DNA of 64,000 nucleotides from Squalus acanthias (Eukaryota): NCBI GenBank assembly GCA_030390025.1, contig CM059430.1, positions 74,524,001 to 74,588,000 of the forward strand, read 5' to 3'. Shown piece by piece: positions 32,576 to 45,934 of this stretch (position 1 is its first letter; each line of letters starts with the position of its first letter). The notes under the pieces were generated by a model. It saw only the letters and a program-made list of their open reading frames with translations, ran no database searches and was not told where the DNA came from. The position numbers and the translations under genes were made by a program.

Positions 32576-33720
32576 TGTAGGCTTCGCAAAATCCCCCAGA
32601 AACTCGAACAGAACCCTAAGTGAAGTGATTTGAAGTAAAATCCACAGTTTTTAACATTTTTAAAGATCAGGGAAGAAAAACCTGAGGAAAATGACTTATC
32701 GAATCTTACTGTTGGGAAAGACACCTTGTCACAGACACCGACAGGATGCAGAGGGGCGTGCCAGGCAGTGCATTAAGCTGTCTGGGAATGTGTTTACACT
32801 GCCTTCCTATCAAGGAGGAAGAGAAAAAAACCAAAGGCCTCACACACACATCGAAATATGAATAATCCAAAACAGCTTTTGAAATTCCAAGGCCCACATC
32901 GGATGCCAGGGGCCTGAAATCAATAAAACATTTCGTACTTCATCAAAAACCAACCAGGTATCCACAGGACAGATTTAAAGCCCGCCAATAGACCTAGGAC
33001 AATAGGGATGAGATTTGGCGCGTAGATAAAGGCCTGGTCTAAATCAGAAAGCGATCAGGACATTTTTAACACCAAGTGAAAGCCATCGGAACTGGCAAGC
33101 CCGCCAAAACTAGACAATGGACTATACAGGGCTCATTTGAAACCAAAAGGAAACCATTTTAGTAAGGGGTTTTGGGCGCGAAAAGGACAACATAATTGGA
33201 GCCTGTCCCAGGGCTCGCTCTCTTTTGGACTCGTTGACAACGCTGGCACAGCTCTCTCGGTCTCTCTCTCTCAGCCCTGTTCCAGCAAAAACACCACAAG
33301 CCACGAGGAGGAAGGAGGAAGGCCAACAACTCCACAAACAGACCATCACACAAGAAGAAACCAGAGCGACTGCCTCAGTGACCATTCGGTTGTTGAGCAT
33401 TGTCCCTGATCTCCTGAAAACAAAACACAGCAAGTTAGTGGGATCTTTGGGAGGGATAAGGTTTGTGTCTGGTATATATCTTTCTCCCTCGCCTGTACCG
33501 TGTGTTCCCCAACCTGTGTTTAAGTATTAAGTGTGTTTTAAGTTTGCTACACTTTTCTTTTAATAAAGCCAAAAATTCTTTCATGAGAACCTGTTGTCTA
33601 CTGCATTTTTTTTTCACAACCCCTAAATAAGTCCAAAGCCTAGGTACCAGGGGCATGGGATAGTTTTGAACCGTTCACTGAGTCAGAAGGCGGTGGCTGA
33701 CCGCATTACCACCCCTTACA
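32576..33720 (+). repeat. 3' LTR (1145 bp)
   Basis: Direct repeat of the 5' LTR; AATAAA at 33562; preceded by a PPT. Confidence 0.93.
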
Positions 33721-36700
33721 CCTTTCACCCCGTAAGGATGTGTCTGCGTTGAGACCTTCTAAACAGAGTGTTAAATTTGGGAATTGGGAGAGAGTGTGAA
33801 ATCATAGCAGTGGGGGAAGTAGGTGGTGCTTTTTGTCTCCAATACTGTAATGCTTTGCGTTACAGGTAAATAGTTAATTTTATCTACCTACAACTTAAAT
33901 TATTTCTATTAATTAGTTAAAAACTAAACTATAACCTAAGATTAATAACCACATAAACTTCAATTAATTAAATAACTAAAACAAGTTTATATAGGGATGG
34001 CAGTTCAGGTGGTGCGCCGCAAATGCAGCATGTGGGTGTCTGCCAAGAGCATTGCATTCCCGGACAACCACTTCTGCAGTAAATGTCTGCATCTCGAGGA
34101 ACTTAATTTCAGAGCTGTTGATCTGGAGTTCGAGGTGCGGACATTGCGGGGCATCAGGGAGTGTGAGGGTTATCCAGACAGTTTGATCCAGGATGGAGTC
34201 ACATCCCTTCGGTTAGATCGTGGTACTGGTCTGGTTCGGCATCAGGTACAGGAGGGTGTAACTGCAACTCACCAGGTAAGGGAACCCCAGGTACATTGCT
34301 TGAGGAGACTCGGCCTTTGCCAACATACAACAGGTATGAGGTTTTTGCTGCTTGTGTGGATGAAGGCAACGTCTGCAGGGTGGATGAGCAAACTGACCAC
34401 AGCACTTGGTACAGCAGCCCATTCTTGTGTGGGAAGTGAAAAGGGATGTTGTAGTGGTAGGGAACTGTATAATCAGGGGGATAGATATTGTTCCCTGCAG
34501 CCGTGACTGGGAGTTCCAAAGACTGTGTTACCTGCTTGTTGCTAAGATTCATGATATATCCTCGCGGCTGCAGAATAATTTGGAGTTGGAGGGGGAAGAT
34601 CCGGTTGTTGTCGTCCACTTAGCAAGCAACTTCTGATGCAGAACTCGGAATGAGGCTCTACTGAGAGATTTTGAGGAGCTGGGGTCTAAAAAAAATGCAG
34701 AACATCAAAAGTAATAATCTGTGGATTGTTATCTGAACCACTCGCAAATTGGCATATTTTCAAGCAGATCATACAGCTAAATGCGGGGCTCAAAGACTGG
34801 TGTGGGAGAAATGGGTTTCGATTCATGCGGCACTGGCAACAGAACTGGGGAAAGAGGGAGTTTTTCATTGCGATGGGCTCCGCTTAAACCGGGCTTATAA
34901 CAAATTCCTGGCGAATCGAAGAACTGGGGGTGTACATAGGGCTTTAAACTAACAAACGGGGAGGAGTCAGGAGAGGGGAAATTTAGAAATCTAAACAGAG
35001 AAATCAAGGCAATGGAGCAGTTTAGACATAAGGAGAGAGTGACAGGAAGCGACAGAGAGTTTAACGTAAATAGTGCATCAGTGAATAAGGTGAAAGGAGG
35101 AAATAATGGTAAAAAGTTAAAATTAAAGGCTCTTTATCTGAATGCATGAATCATTCGTAACATGATAGACGAATTAGTGGCACAAATAAAGAAAAATGAT
35201 ATGATGTAACAGCCATTACAGTGACGTGGTTGCAGGGGTTCGAAGGTCAGGAACTAAATATCCCAGGGTACTTGACGTTTCCAAAAGACAGGCAGAATGG
35301 AAAAGGAGTGGTGTAGCTCAGATAATAAAGGATGACAAATGAACAGTAAGTAAAAAGGATCTTGGCTTGGAAGGTTTGGAAGTAGAATCAGCTAGGGGGG
35401 AGATAATAAATAACAAGAGGCAGAAACACTGGTGGGATTAGTTTATAGGTCCCAAAACAGTAGCTATAATGTTGGACAGTGTATTAATCAACAATAACAG
35501 GAGCTTGTAACAAAGGTAATACAATAATCGTGATAGATTGGGCAAATCAAATTGGCAAAGCTAGTCTGGAGGACGAGTTCACGGAATGCATTTGATCGAA
35601 TTTTTTTTAGAACAATACATCATAGAACCAACCATGGAACAGGTTAGTTTAGATCTTATATTGTGTAATGAGGCAGGGTTAATGAGTAATCTCATAGTAA
35701 AGCATTCTCTGCGGAAGATGGATCATAGCACATTTTCTGGCACATTTCACATTAAGTTTGAGAGTGAAATACTTAAATACGACACGAGAGTCTTAAAGTT
35801 AAATAAAGCCAATTACATAGTTATGAGGAGTGCCTTGGCTAAGGTAGATTGCAAATTAGATTGAAAGGTATGACGGTAGATAATCAGTGGCAAAACATTC
35901 AAAGAAACATTCTAAAATTCTCGACGAATATACATTCCAGTGAGAAGTAAAAAACTCCACGGGAAAAGTGATCCATCCGTGGCTATCTAAAGATGTTAAG
36001 GATAGTACTAGATTAAAAGAAGAGGCTTATAATGTTGCGAAGAATAGTAGTACGCCTGAGGATTGGGAGAGCTTTAGAAAACAGCAAAAATGAAAAAAAT
36101 ATTGAAATAATGGAGAAAATAGAATATGAGAGTAAACTAGCAAAAAATATTAAAACAGATTGTAACAGCGTCCAAAAGTATGTAACAAAGGAAGAGAGTA
36201 GCAAACGTAACCGTTGACCTATTAAAGGCTGAGACAACAGAAATTACAATGTGTGATAAGGAAATGGCAGAGACTGTAAACACATATTTTATACCTGACT
36301 TCACAGTAGAAGACAAAAAACGTAAACTAAAAGAGTGGGAAAGCAAGGGGCTTATAAGAGTGAGGAACTTAAAATCAGTAGAAAAAAAATTCATGAAAAA
36401 CTAATCGGAATAAAAGCCGACAAATCCCCTGGACATGATGGCCTTCATCCTAGTTTTCTAAAAGAGGTGGCTACACAGATAGTGGATGCATCGTTTGTGA
36501 GCTTCCAAAGTTCCCTAGATTCTAGAACGGTCGCAGCGGATGCGAAGATAGATAATATAACCCCGCTATTCAAGAAAGGAGGGAGTGTGAAAACAGGGAA
36601 CTACAGGCCAGTTAGCCTGACATCAGTTGACGGTAAAATAAGGGATCCATTATTAAGGAAGTGGTGACAGGACATTTAGAAAATCATGATATGGTTAGGC

Positions 36701-36869
36701 AGAGTCAACATGGTTTTATGAAAGTGAACTCGTGTTTAACAAATTTAGTATAATATTTTGGGGATGTAACCAGCTGGGTAGTTAAAGGGGAATCAGTGGA
36801 TGAAGTATATTTGTATTTCCAAAAGGCATTAGATAAGTTGCCACAGATAAGATTGCCACGCAAGATATT

Positions 36870-37410
36870 GGCGCGTAATTTCCGATCCCTACGGGTGTGT
36901 ACGAGTTGTGTACACACCCGCAGGGTCCTCGCAAGTGCGAAGCGCATGCGCTCAAAACCGGTACTTGCGATCTGTCAAGAATCCTCTTCACAGATCACCC
37001 TCCTGCACTGGAGAAGGGCCTCTGCGGGTCGAGAGTTCCACTTTCTGCAGATCCTCTGCCCATCTGAAATCCCTTAAAAATCTTACGCCTGGTAAAAGCG
37101 ATTTAAAAAAAAATTATTTAATGTTTTGATGTGTTTTTCGACTTATCTCCATTCATACTTTTGACAGGTCTAAGCTGTCAAAAGTATGAAGGGAGATTCC
37201 CTTTTCCCATTGTTTCCCCATGGCCCACGTGATCCGAGGGACGCTTGGGAACCGCATGCGCCCTTGGGATACCTGGGCCCTGTGCAGTTCGTAGAGCAGA
37301 TGCACGGGAGCAGAAAGGCCGGTTCTTTGGAACCCTCAGGTAAGGGCGTAGATTTTTTCCAGATCGCAGGCCTCCGCACGCAGGAAGCCTCCGATCCGAA
37401 AACAAGGGCC
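36870..37410. mobile_element. Family B MITE, internally deleted
   Basis: GGCGCGTAATTTCCGATC ... GATCCGAAAACAAGGGCC. Confidence 0.78.
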
Positions 37411-37984
37411 ATCTATTGTAGCTGCCTCCAGCTCACCCAGATCCTCGTCCTGTGTCTCGCCACTTGCTGTTGTTGTCGCTCCTCCATTTATGATCGCGGG
37501 GATCAATGGTGGAGAAGTGTGAAATTAGAAGAGGAACTGACGGGGAGAATAATTATAATTTTAATCGTAAGAGATTATAGGGAATCAATGAGGGTGTATA
37601 GAGAGATAGAGAATGGATTGATAGCCAAACATAGAGACAGAAATATAGGAAGATATTAAGGTCGAATTAAAGGTGTGACAAGAAGCGAACTAGGTAGAAA
37701 TGAAATCTTTATCGATAGGACTACAAGAAGCACAAAATAGTATGGGTGCAGGATGAGGAAATTAACGTGATTCTTTCTGATGAAGACGTGACTCACTCGC
37801 TACTTTTCAGAGTGTTATCAGTCCCACTGTTCTAAAAGTACAGACTGGTATGGTATGCAAGTTTGGGTGGTGCTGTAGCAGCGATGATGAGAATTTGATT
37901 ACCACTGGAATCCCACGAAGAAATGTAATGGTGTCCCGAATAGTGATAGATCTGCAGCAGCATTACAAGGATCTCAGCAACACA

Positions 37985-38505
37985 TAAGTATAGAATTGTA
38001 CAGCATAGAAGGATGCCATTTGGCCCATCATATCTGTACCGACTCTTTGAAAGAGGCATCAAATTAGTGCTACTCCCCCACTGTTTCTCCATAGCTCAGC
38101 AGATGTGTCCTTTTCAAATATATGTCCCATTCCCTTTTGGAAGTTATATTGAATGAGCTTCCAACACCCTTTCAGACAGTGTATTCCAAATCATAATAAC
38201 TCGCTGCATAAAAACATTCTCCTCAGCCCCTTTCCGGGTCTGTTGCCAATTATGTAAAATATGTATACAATATTTACCGATCTTCCTGCCAGTGGAAAGG
38301 GTTTCTCCTTAATTACTCCATCATAATCTCTCATGATTTGAACACCTCTGCTAAATCTCCCGTTAAGTTTCTCTTCTCTAAGGAGAAGAATCCGAGCTTC
38401 TCTCGCCTCTCCACGCAACTCATGTCTCTCATCCCTGGTATAATTCTTAGAGATCTCCCCTGCAATTCGAATCCATCCGAAAGTGTGGTGCCCAGAACTG
38501 TGCAC
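37985..38505 (-). mobile_element. CR1 3' tail fragment
   Basis: Degenerate RT C-terminus and 3' UTR. Confidence 0.65.
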
Positions 38506-39124
38506 TTCATGCAACCTGCGGCCTGCCCTGGAGAAGGGCCTCTGCGGGTGGAGAGTTCCGCTACCTGCAGAACCTACGCCCGCTGAAATCCCTTAAAAAT
38601 CTTACGCCTGCCAAAAGCAGGCGTAAGGCCTGCTTTTAACAGCATAAGTGTTTACAAAAGAAAAAATAAAATCATTCATGCATAATTTAAAAATAATTTA
38701 AAAAAAGCTAAGTTTATTTTTAGCCCCGTAAAATTCTTCAATTATGTTTTTAAATTATTTTTTAGCTTAAAATATTAAATGTAATGTAATTTTAACTCAT
38801 TTTAAAAATGTGATAACTTTTAAAATGTATTTAATATTTTGATGCCTTTTTTCAGTGTTCGCCATTCATACATTTGACAGGTCTACCTGTCAAAAGTATG
38901 AAGGGTGATTCTATTCTACCCATGGGCTCGTCTGGCACACGTGATCCCAGGGACACATGCAAACCGCCTGCACCCCTGGGATAGCTGGGCCTCTGCGCGC
39001 GTGCAACAGGAGAGGCCCAGGATCGGAAATTGCCTGACCTCGGGAGCACGCAGTTAAGGCCATAGATTTCTTCCCGTTAGAATGCATACGCATGCAGGAA
39101 GCCTCCGATCGGAAAATACGGGCC
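38506..39124. mobile_element. Family B MITE lacking one end
   Basis: Ends GATCGGAAAATACGGGCC followed by AAT. Confidence 0.78.
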
Positions 39125-40299
39125 AATAGCTCATCGGGTTGGGTGTAATACATTGGCATCGATAGAGGATTGGTTAACGGACAAAGATCAGAGAGTAGGG
39201 ATAAACGGGTAATTTTCTGGTTGGCAGGCTGTACCTCGTGGGGTGCCGCAAAGTTCAGTTCTTGTGCCTCAGCTGTTTACAATCTATATTAATGACTTAA
39301 ATGAAGGGTCTGATTGCAATGTATCCAAGTTTGCTGACAATACAAAGCTACGTGGGAAGGTAAGCTGTGAGGAGGACACAAAGAACCTGCAAAGGGATAT
39401 AGGCAGGTTAAGTGAGTGGGCAATAATGTGGCAGATGGATTTTAATGTGCGTAAATGTGAGCTTATTTTCTTTGGTACGAAGAAAAGAAAAACAACATAT
39501 TTTTGAAATGGTGACAAATTATAAAATGTTGGTGTTCAGAGAGATTTAGATGTCCTCGTGCAAGAAACAGATACATTTAGCATGCAGGTACAGCAAGCAA
39601 TTAGGAAGGCAAATTGCATGTTGTCCTCCATTGCAATGGAGTTGGAGTACAAGTGTAAGGAAGTCGTACTACAATTGTACAGGGCTTTGATGAGACCACG
39701 CCTGAATTACTGTGCACAGTTTTGCTCTCCTTTTCTGATAAAGGACATAATGCCTTAGAGGCGGTGCAACGAAGGTTCACTACTTTGATCCGTGGGATCA
39801 GAGAGTTGTCCTATGAGCAGAGATTGAGTAGATTGTGCATATACTCACTGGAGTTTAGAAGAATGAGAGGTGATCTCGTTGAAATATAAGATTCTGAGGG
39901 GGATTGAAAGTTAGATGCTGAGATGTTGTTTCCCCTAGCCTGAGAGTACAGAACCAGGGGAGATAGCTTCAGGATCAGGGATCGTCCATTAGAGACTTAG
40001 GTGAGGAGAAATGTATTCACTCAAAGTTTTGTGAATCTTTGGAATTCTCCATCTCCAAGGGCAGTGGATCCTGAGTCGCTGAGTAAATTCAAGGCTGAGA
40101 CAGATAGATTTTTAGACTCAAGGGGATTCCAGGGATATGGGGAACTGACAGGTAAGTACAATTGACGTCCAAGATCAGCCATGATCAAACTGAATGGCGG
40201 ACCAGGCTCGAGGGACCTCATGGCCTACAGCAGCTCCTAATTGTTATGTTCTTATGTACCCGAACCATCTCCTCTTAGAAGGCCCCCCATTGTTCAGTT

Positions 40300-42520
40300 A
40301 CATAAGAACATAAGAACAGAAGACGTAGGAGCAGGAATAGGTCAATTGTCCCCTCGAACCTGCTCCGCCATTCAAAAAGATCATGGCTGATCTGATCTTG
40401 GCCTCAACTCCACTTCTCTACCCGCTCCCCATAACCCTTCACTCCCTTACCATTCTAAAATCTGTCTATCTCCATCTAAAATATATTCAATGACCCAGCC
40501 TCCACAGCTCTCTGGGGAAGAGAATTCCTAAGATTCACGACACTCTGAGAGAAAAAATACTCCTCATTTCTGTTTTAAATGGGTGCCCCCTTATTCTGAA
40601 ATTATTCCCCCACGAGGGGAAACATCCTCTCTGCATCTACCCCGTCAAGCCCCTTCAGAATTGTATACGTTTCAATAAGGTCCCCTCTCATTCTTCTAAA
40701 CTCCAATGAGTATAGGCCCAACCTGCTTAACCTTTCTTCATAAAACCACCCCTTCATCTCCGGAATCAACCTTGTCAACCTTCTCTTAAATGCCTCCAAT
40801 GCAAGTATCTCCTTCCTTAATTAAAGAGACCAAACTGTGCAGTACTCCAAGTGTGGTCTCACCAACGCCCTGTACAGTTGTATCAGGAGTTCCCTACTGT
40901 TATACTCAATTCCCTTTGCAATAAACGCGAACATCCATTTGCCTTCTTAATTACTTGCTGCACGTGCATGCTAAACTTTTTGTGATTCATGTACAAGGAC
41001 CCCTACATCCCTCTGTACCTCAGCAATGTGTAATCTCTCCCCATTTAATTAAAAATTTGCTTTTTTATTCTTCCTACCAAAGTGGATAATCACGCAATTA
41101 TCCCATATTATACTCCCTCTGCCAGATGTTTGTCCACTCACTTAGCTTATCTATATCACTTTGGAGATTATTTGCGTCCTCCACACAATTTGCTTTTCCA
41201 CCTATGTTTGTATCATCAGCAAATTTGGCTACATTACACTAGGTCCCTTAATCCAAGTCATTAATATAGATTGTAAATAGTTGATGCCCCAGCACTGATC
41301 CCAGCGGCACCCCACTAGTTACAGTTTGCCAACCTGAAAATGATCAATTTATCCCGACTCTCTGTTTTCTGTTAGTTAGCCAATTCTCTATCCATGCGAA
41401 TATATTACCCCCAATCCCGTGAACTCTTATCTTGTGCAGTAACCTTTTCTGTGGTACCTTATCGAATGCCTTCTGGAAATCCAAAAACACGATATCTACT
41501 GATTCCCCTTTATCCACCCTCCTCGTTGCAGTCTCAAAGAACTCCAGCAAATTTGTCAAACATCTTTTGCCTACCAATCCTTTATATAAATCCAAATGTG
41601 CCAAATCCCTTTTCACCTCACTGAATTTAGCAGTCCTCCAGTTAAGTTGTTTTACGTTTGATTGTACCATGTCCTTTCCATAACTATTCTAAACCAGATG
41701 ATATTTTAACCACTGTTCACCAAAAGCTCTCCCACTTAAATATGCTCCACTTGCACCATTTCGTTGCATAGACTAAGATCCAACACTACTTCCTTCATTG
41801 TTGGGCAGGAAAAACACTGAGCAAAATAGTTCGCTTGTACACATTACAGGAATCCTCACCCTTTTTGGCCTTTACACTTTTACTACTCCAGTCTATATTA
41901 GGATAATTAAATTCGCCCATTATCAGTATTCTGTAGTTGTTGCATCTTGATATAATTTGCCTGCTTGCTTCCCACTATTTGGTGACCTATAGTATTCACC
42001 CAGTTGCGTAACAGCTCCTCTATTGTTCCTTAATTCTGCACAAATAGACACTGTACTTGGCCTATCAACTGCATCATTCATTTCCAAAGCTACAATAGTT
42101 TATGCGACCCTCCTGTTTTTACTTCCTGATCTTGCCTGAACACCTTCTAGCCAGCAATATTATTTTTAATGCGCCACTTCTTTGAGTCAGGGCTCTGTTT
42201 TTGCCACTATATCATTGTCGCATTTGCTGGCTTGCGTCTGCAACTCACCATCTCATTTAGTACGTTACGTGCATTTACGTACTCGCATCCCGAACTCATC
42301 TAAGACTGCTTCGCTTTTTCCCCTGTTCGTTCCTTCTTATTTCGGAACTATTATTCACTCCAATGCTATTTGCCTCTCCCAGTCCTCTGTACACTCTTTT
42401 TTCCCCTATCTAATATTCCATGCTGGTCCCCACAACCCTGCCAAATTAGTGCAATCGTCCACACAGTACCAGTTAACTTTCCTGCGAAGATAGTAGACCC
42501 AGCACTTTTGAGACGCAATC
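40300..42520 (-). mobile_element. CR1 LINE with internal deletion (endonuclease end joined to RT at ~41560)
   Basis: (cataagaa)n tail at 40301; NWRTAKFSEVKRDLAH..GK|RCLTNLLEFF, DFQKAFDKVP. Confidence 0.85.
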
Positions 42521-42595
42521 CGTCAACCTTGAAAAGGTGAGGAAAGATCATCGATCTAAAACATTAACTCTGCTTCTCTTTTCGCTGATGCTGCC

Positions 42596-43064
42596 TGGAG
42601 ATCAATGAAAAAATATAGTAAAACGTTAAATAAATTTAAAGAAAAACATCACATTTTTAAAATGACTTGAAATTGCAATAAATTAAGTATTTTAAACAAT
42701 TAATTTTTTTTTTTTAAATTAAAGCTTTTTACGGGGCTAAAAATAAACTTACCTTTTTTAAAGTATTTTTAAATGATTATTTTTAAAAACTTTTATCCTG
42801 GAAAAAGCAAGCCTTACGCCTGCTTTTATCAGGTTTAAGAATTGTAATGGTTTTCTGCGGGCGGAGGTTCTCCAAAAAGCGGAACTATCCGCCAGCAGAG
42901 TCCCTTCTCCATGGCATTCGGAGGATCTGACAAGAGCATTCTTGACAGATCGGAAATGTAGGTTTTCAGCGCATGCGCTGTGCAACCCTGAAACCGGTAT
43001 TTCCGATGTTCGTACGGGTGGGTCCACAGCGCGGACCCACCCGTAGGGATCGGAATATCTGGGC
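42596..43064. mobile_element. Partial family B MITE, preceded by a degenerate Penelope-tail piece (~42540-42595)
   Basis: Colinear with 60340-60823. Confidence 0.72.
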
Positions 43065-43469
43065 TGAAGTGTCCTGGAGTTCCCACATGGGACAGTAATT
43101 GCAGCCAAACGGTCACAGTTGTCCCGCAATTTTGCTTAAAATATCAGTTAGATATAAGTAATTACTCTGAATACTTAGATATTTACTGATGCCCCTTGGT
43201 TTAAATTAATTATCACCTCCTTCCGCCTCTAAATCGAATTCCCACTGACACAAAATTCCCGTTATCATTCTGTTCATCAAGCCACTCAGTCTACTGGATT
43301 CAACCAGCTCTGTGCATACAGCTCGGTGTGTAGCAGATATCCCTCTAATATATACATTTCAGCAACACCCTAGTTACAACTCGTCAAAAAAAGCCAGCCG
43401 CATCAATTAACAACTAGTCAGAGTGCCCAATTACAGCTGATTGACTGCTAACTGCCACTGAATTGCAGT

Positions 43470-44840
43470 TTTACGAATATACGAAAATACGAACAATGGC
43501 GGACAGGTAAAGACCATCTTGTCCATCGAGCCTGTCCCACACAATTGCGATACCTTGTGTAACACAACATATACACTCCACCCCATCCGAAACCATGTGA
43601 TCTCCTGGGAGAGGCAAAGAAACAGATCAAAATACCCAGGCCAATTTGGAAAAAAAAATTCTGTGAAATTCCTCTCCGACCCATCTAGGCGATCCAAACT
43701 AAGACAGCAGATCACTGGCCCTGAATTCCGAATGCGCTGAAAACTGGCATTTCCGGTCTGTCAAGAATGCTCTTGAGAGATCGGACGCGTGCCCTGGAGA
43801 AGGGCCTCTGCGGGCGGAGAGTTCCATTTTCTGGAGAAACCCCGCCGGCAGAAAACCCTTAGAAATCTTACGCCTGGTAAAAGCAGGCGTAAGGCTTTCT
43901 TTTACAAGCATAAGATTTGAAAAAAGTAAAAAAGGATGTTTTCACTCATTTATCATTTAAAAATACTTTTAAAAAAGGTAAGTTTATTTTAAGCCCTGTA
44001 AAAAAATGCATTATTTTTTTCAAAAAAATATTTTTTTGTTTAAAATCTTTAATTTATTGTAATTTCAACTAATTTTAAAAATGTGATCATTTTTTAGATT
44101 TTATTTAATGTTTTAAGAGTTTTTGGGTGATCTCCATTCATATATTTGCCAGTTCTATCTGTCAAGTGTACGAAGGGAGATTCCCTTCTTTGATTAGCTC
44201 GCCATGGCCTACGTGATCCCATGGACGCCTCTGGGATACGTGGGCACTGTACATTGCGAGTTGGCGAGGCAGAGGAGCGGAAGTGTCCGGACCTCGGGTG
44301 CCCTCATGTAAGTGCGTAGATTTTTTCCTGATCGGATGCCTCCGCACGCGGGAAGCCTGCGATCGGAAAATAGGGCCCATTATCTAATAATCTTCAATCG
44401 GGTCCCCACTAAATCTACGCTTTTCTAATGAATAGAGTCCCAGCTCTTTTAGCCTCTCTTGCTAACTAAGATACTTTAGACTGTGATGTAGTCTAGTGTC
44501 CCTCCGCTGCACCCTTTCGAAAGCCTCAATATCACCCACCTTGTGAGGAGATCAAAGCTGCACGCAGTATTCGAAGTGTGGCCTGACTAAGTTCTTGTAC
44601 AATGACAAAACAGTATGCCTCCTCTTGTACTCAATTATCCTATGGATACAACCTAACACCCTATTTGCTCTAGCTTTCGCTACACTGCACGGCTCATGTA
44701 CGTTTATGTATGTATGCATTTGAATGCTCAAATCTCTTTCTATCTCCACCATTTTAATGCCTTTCCATGAAGGGTGTATGAATATATAGCATTTGCCCTG
44801 TTCACATGCACAACACTGCAATTATCTATGTTCTAAATCA
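43470..44840 (-). mobile_element. CR1-group LINE 3' fragment with (TTCGTA)-type tail, interrupted by a MITE
   Basis: ANRVLGCIHR..LYKNLVRPHFEYCVQ; tail at ~43478-43495. Confidence 0.65.
43717..44378. mobile_element. Family B MITE
   Basis: GGCCCTGAATTCCGA ... TCGGAAAATAGGGCCC, flanks ACT/ATT. Confidence 0.8.
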
Positions 44841-45934
44841 TTATCTAAGTTATACAAGGAATTTCAATCTAAAAATTTCGGGTTAACCCGAATTATTCCT
44901 TTGCTCGTAGGGACTGAAACTTTACATAGCAGGTTAAATCATTCGGCTTGCTCACAGCAGGGCAATAAGTTTAACGTAATGTTTGTAAAGTTATAAGAAT
45001 AATAATAATATTATATTAGATCAATCAGGAACGGTTTTTGGGCGTTGCTGCAGTATATAAAAAAATCTACTGCCCATATACCCTTGCTACACCTGACCTC
45101 AGAATACTTTAGCCTGACTATAGATCGCTAGAATTGAAATTCATTTCTGAGTATTAACACACCGCAGTTTGATAAGCACAAAATAACAGACATCCCGTCA
45201 CTGAAAATTTAGCAGGTTAGGTCACAGTAACGGGGTGATGTGTTATTCCATTTGTTTCGCGGGTGGCAGAACGGGTTTTCAGGGACCGCCATATAAATTG
45301 AAAGAGTTCGGTATTTTTTATGATATAGCTGAAGCTTTCTAATTTGAAGAGAAGTTTCAGAAAAAGTCACAAAATAGGCCTGCAGCAGATACTTTCTGAG
45401 ATGTCCCCTGCAGCGAGGAAAACCGAAAGATTCAACCCCGCTTTGTTAAATTGCAGGAATAATTCGGTAAACCCGTAATTTCTAGATTCAAATTCCCTGA
45501 TTTGGAAAGTAACGGTCCAGGTGGTCACTGTTACATAGGCTTTTCAATTTCTTTATTGGGTAACTGCATGTCTGCTTGAAAGATGTGCCGAATCAAATTA
45601 CGTATCCCAGATTAAGTGCATTTGGTTGAGTAAGGAAGAGTTTACTGCTAGTAAAAGGTACTGCCGTCCAGCCTAATATATTCACCAACGACAGTAATCT
45701 CCGCCGTGGTTCTCAGGATCGTTTACGATGTCTTCCCGAGATTTTCGCCACAGTTTATTCGAGCTATCGCAAAAATGGTTCACAAAGCAAGGACCCTGTT
45801 CTTTCAGAATCTGCATCTGTTTTGCTCCGAGCGCTCGGAGCAGAGTCTCTGATGCATCAGAGGAATATATTGCGCAGCAGAAGTTCTTATGGAATGGCTA
45901 TGCTTTGTTTTATGGGCACTTATGTATTTGAAGT

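Larger units (their letters stand above)
25599..33720 (+). mobile_element. Defective endogenous retrovirus / env-bearing LTR element, lokiretrovirus-like
   Basis: Two LTRs TGTA...TACA, TSD CCTT (25595-25598 and 33721-33724), PBS, gag-pro, deleted RT/IN, env, PPT. Confidence 0.93.
33760..40258 (+). mobile_element. Near-full-length decayed CR1 LINE (ORF1 with CxxC and SGNH-esterase, ORF2), interrupted at 36870-39124
   Basis: ORF1 CSKCLHLEEL, VVVVGNCIIRG, DGLRLN; ORF2 KSPGHDGLHP, GNYRPVSLTS, PQ..VL.PQLF, FADNTK; tail ttatgttcttatgt. Confidence 0.9.
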
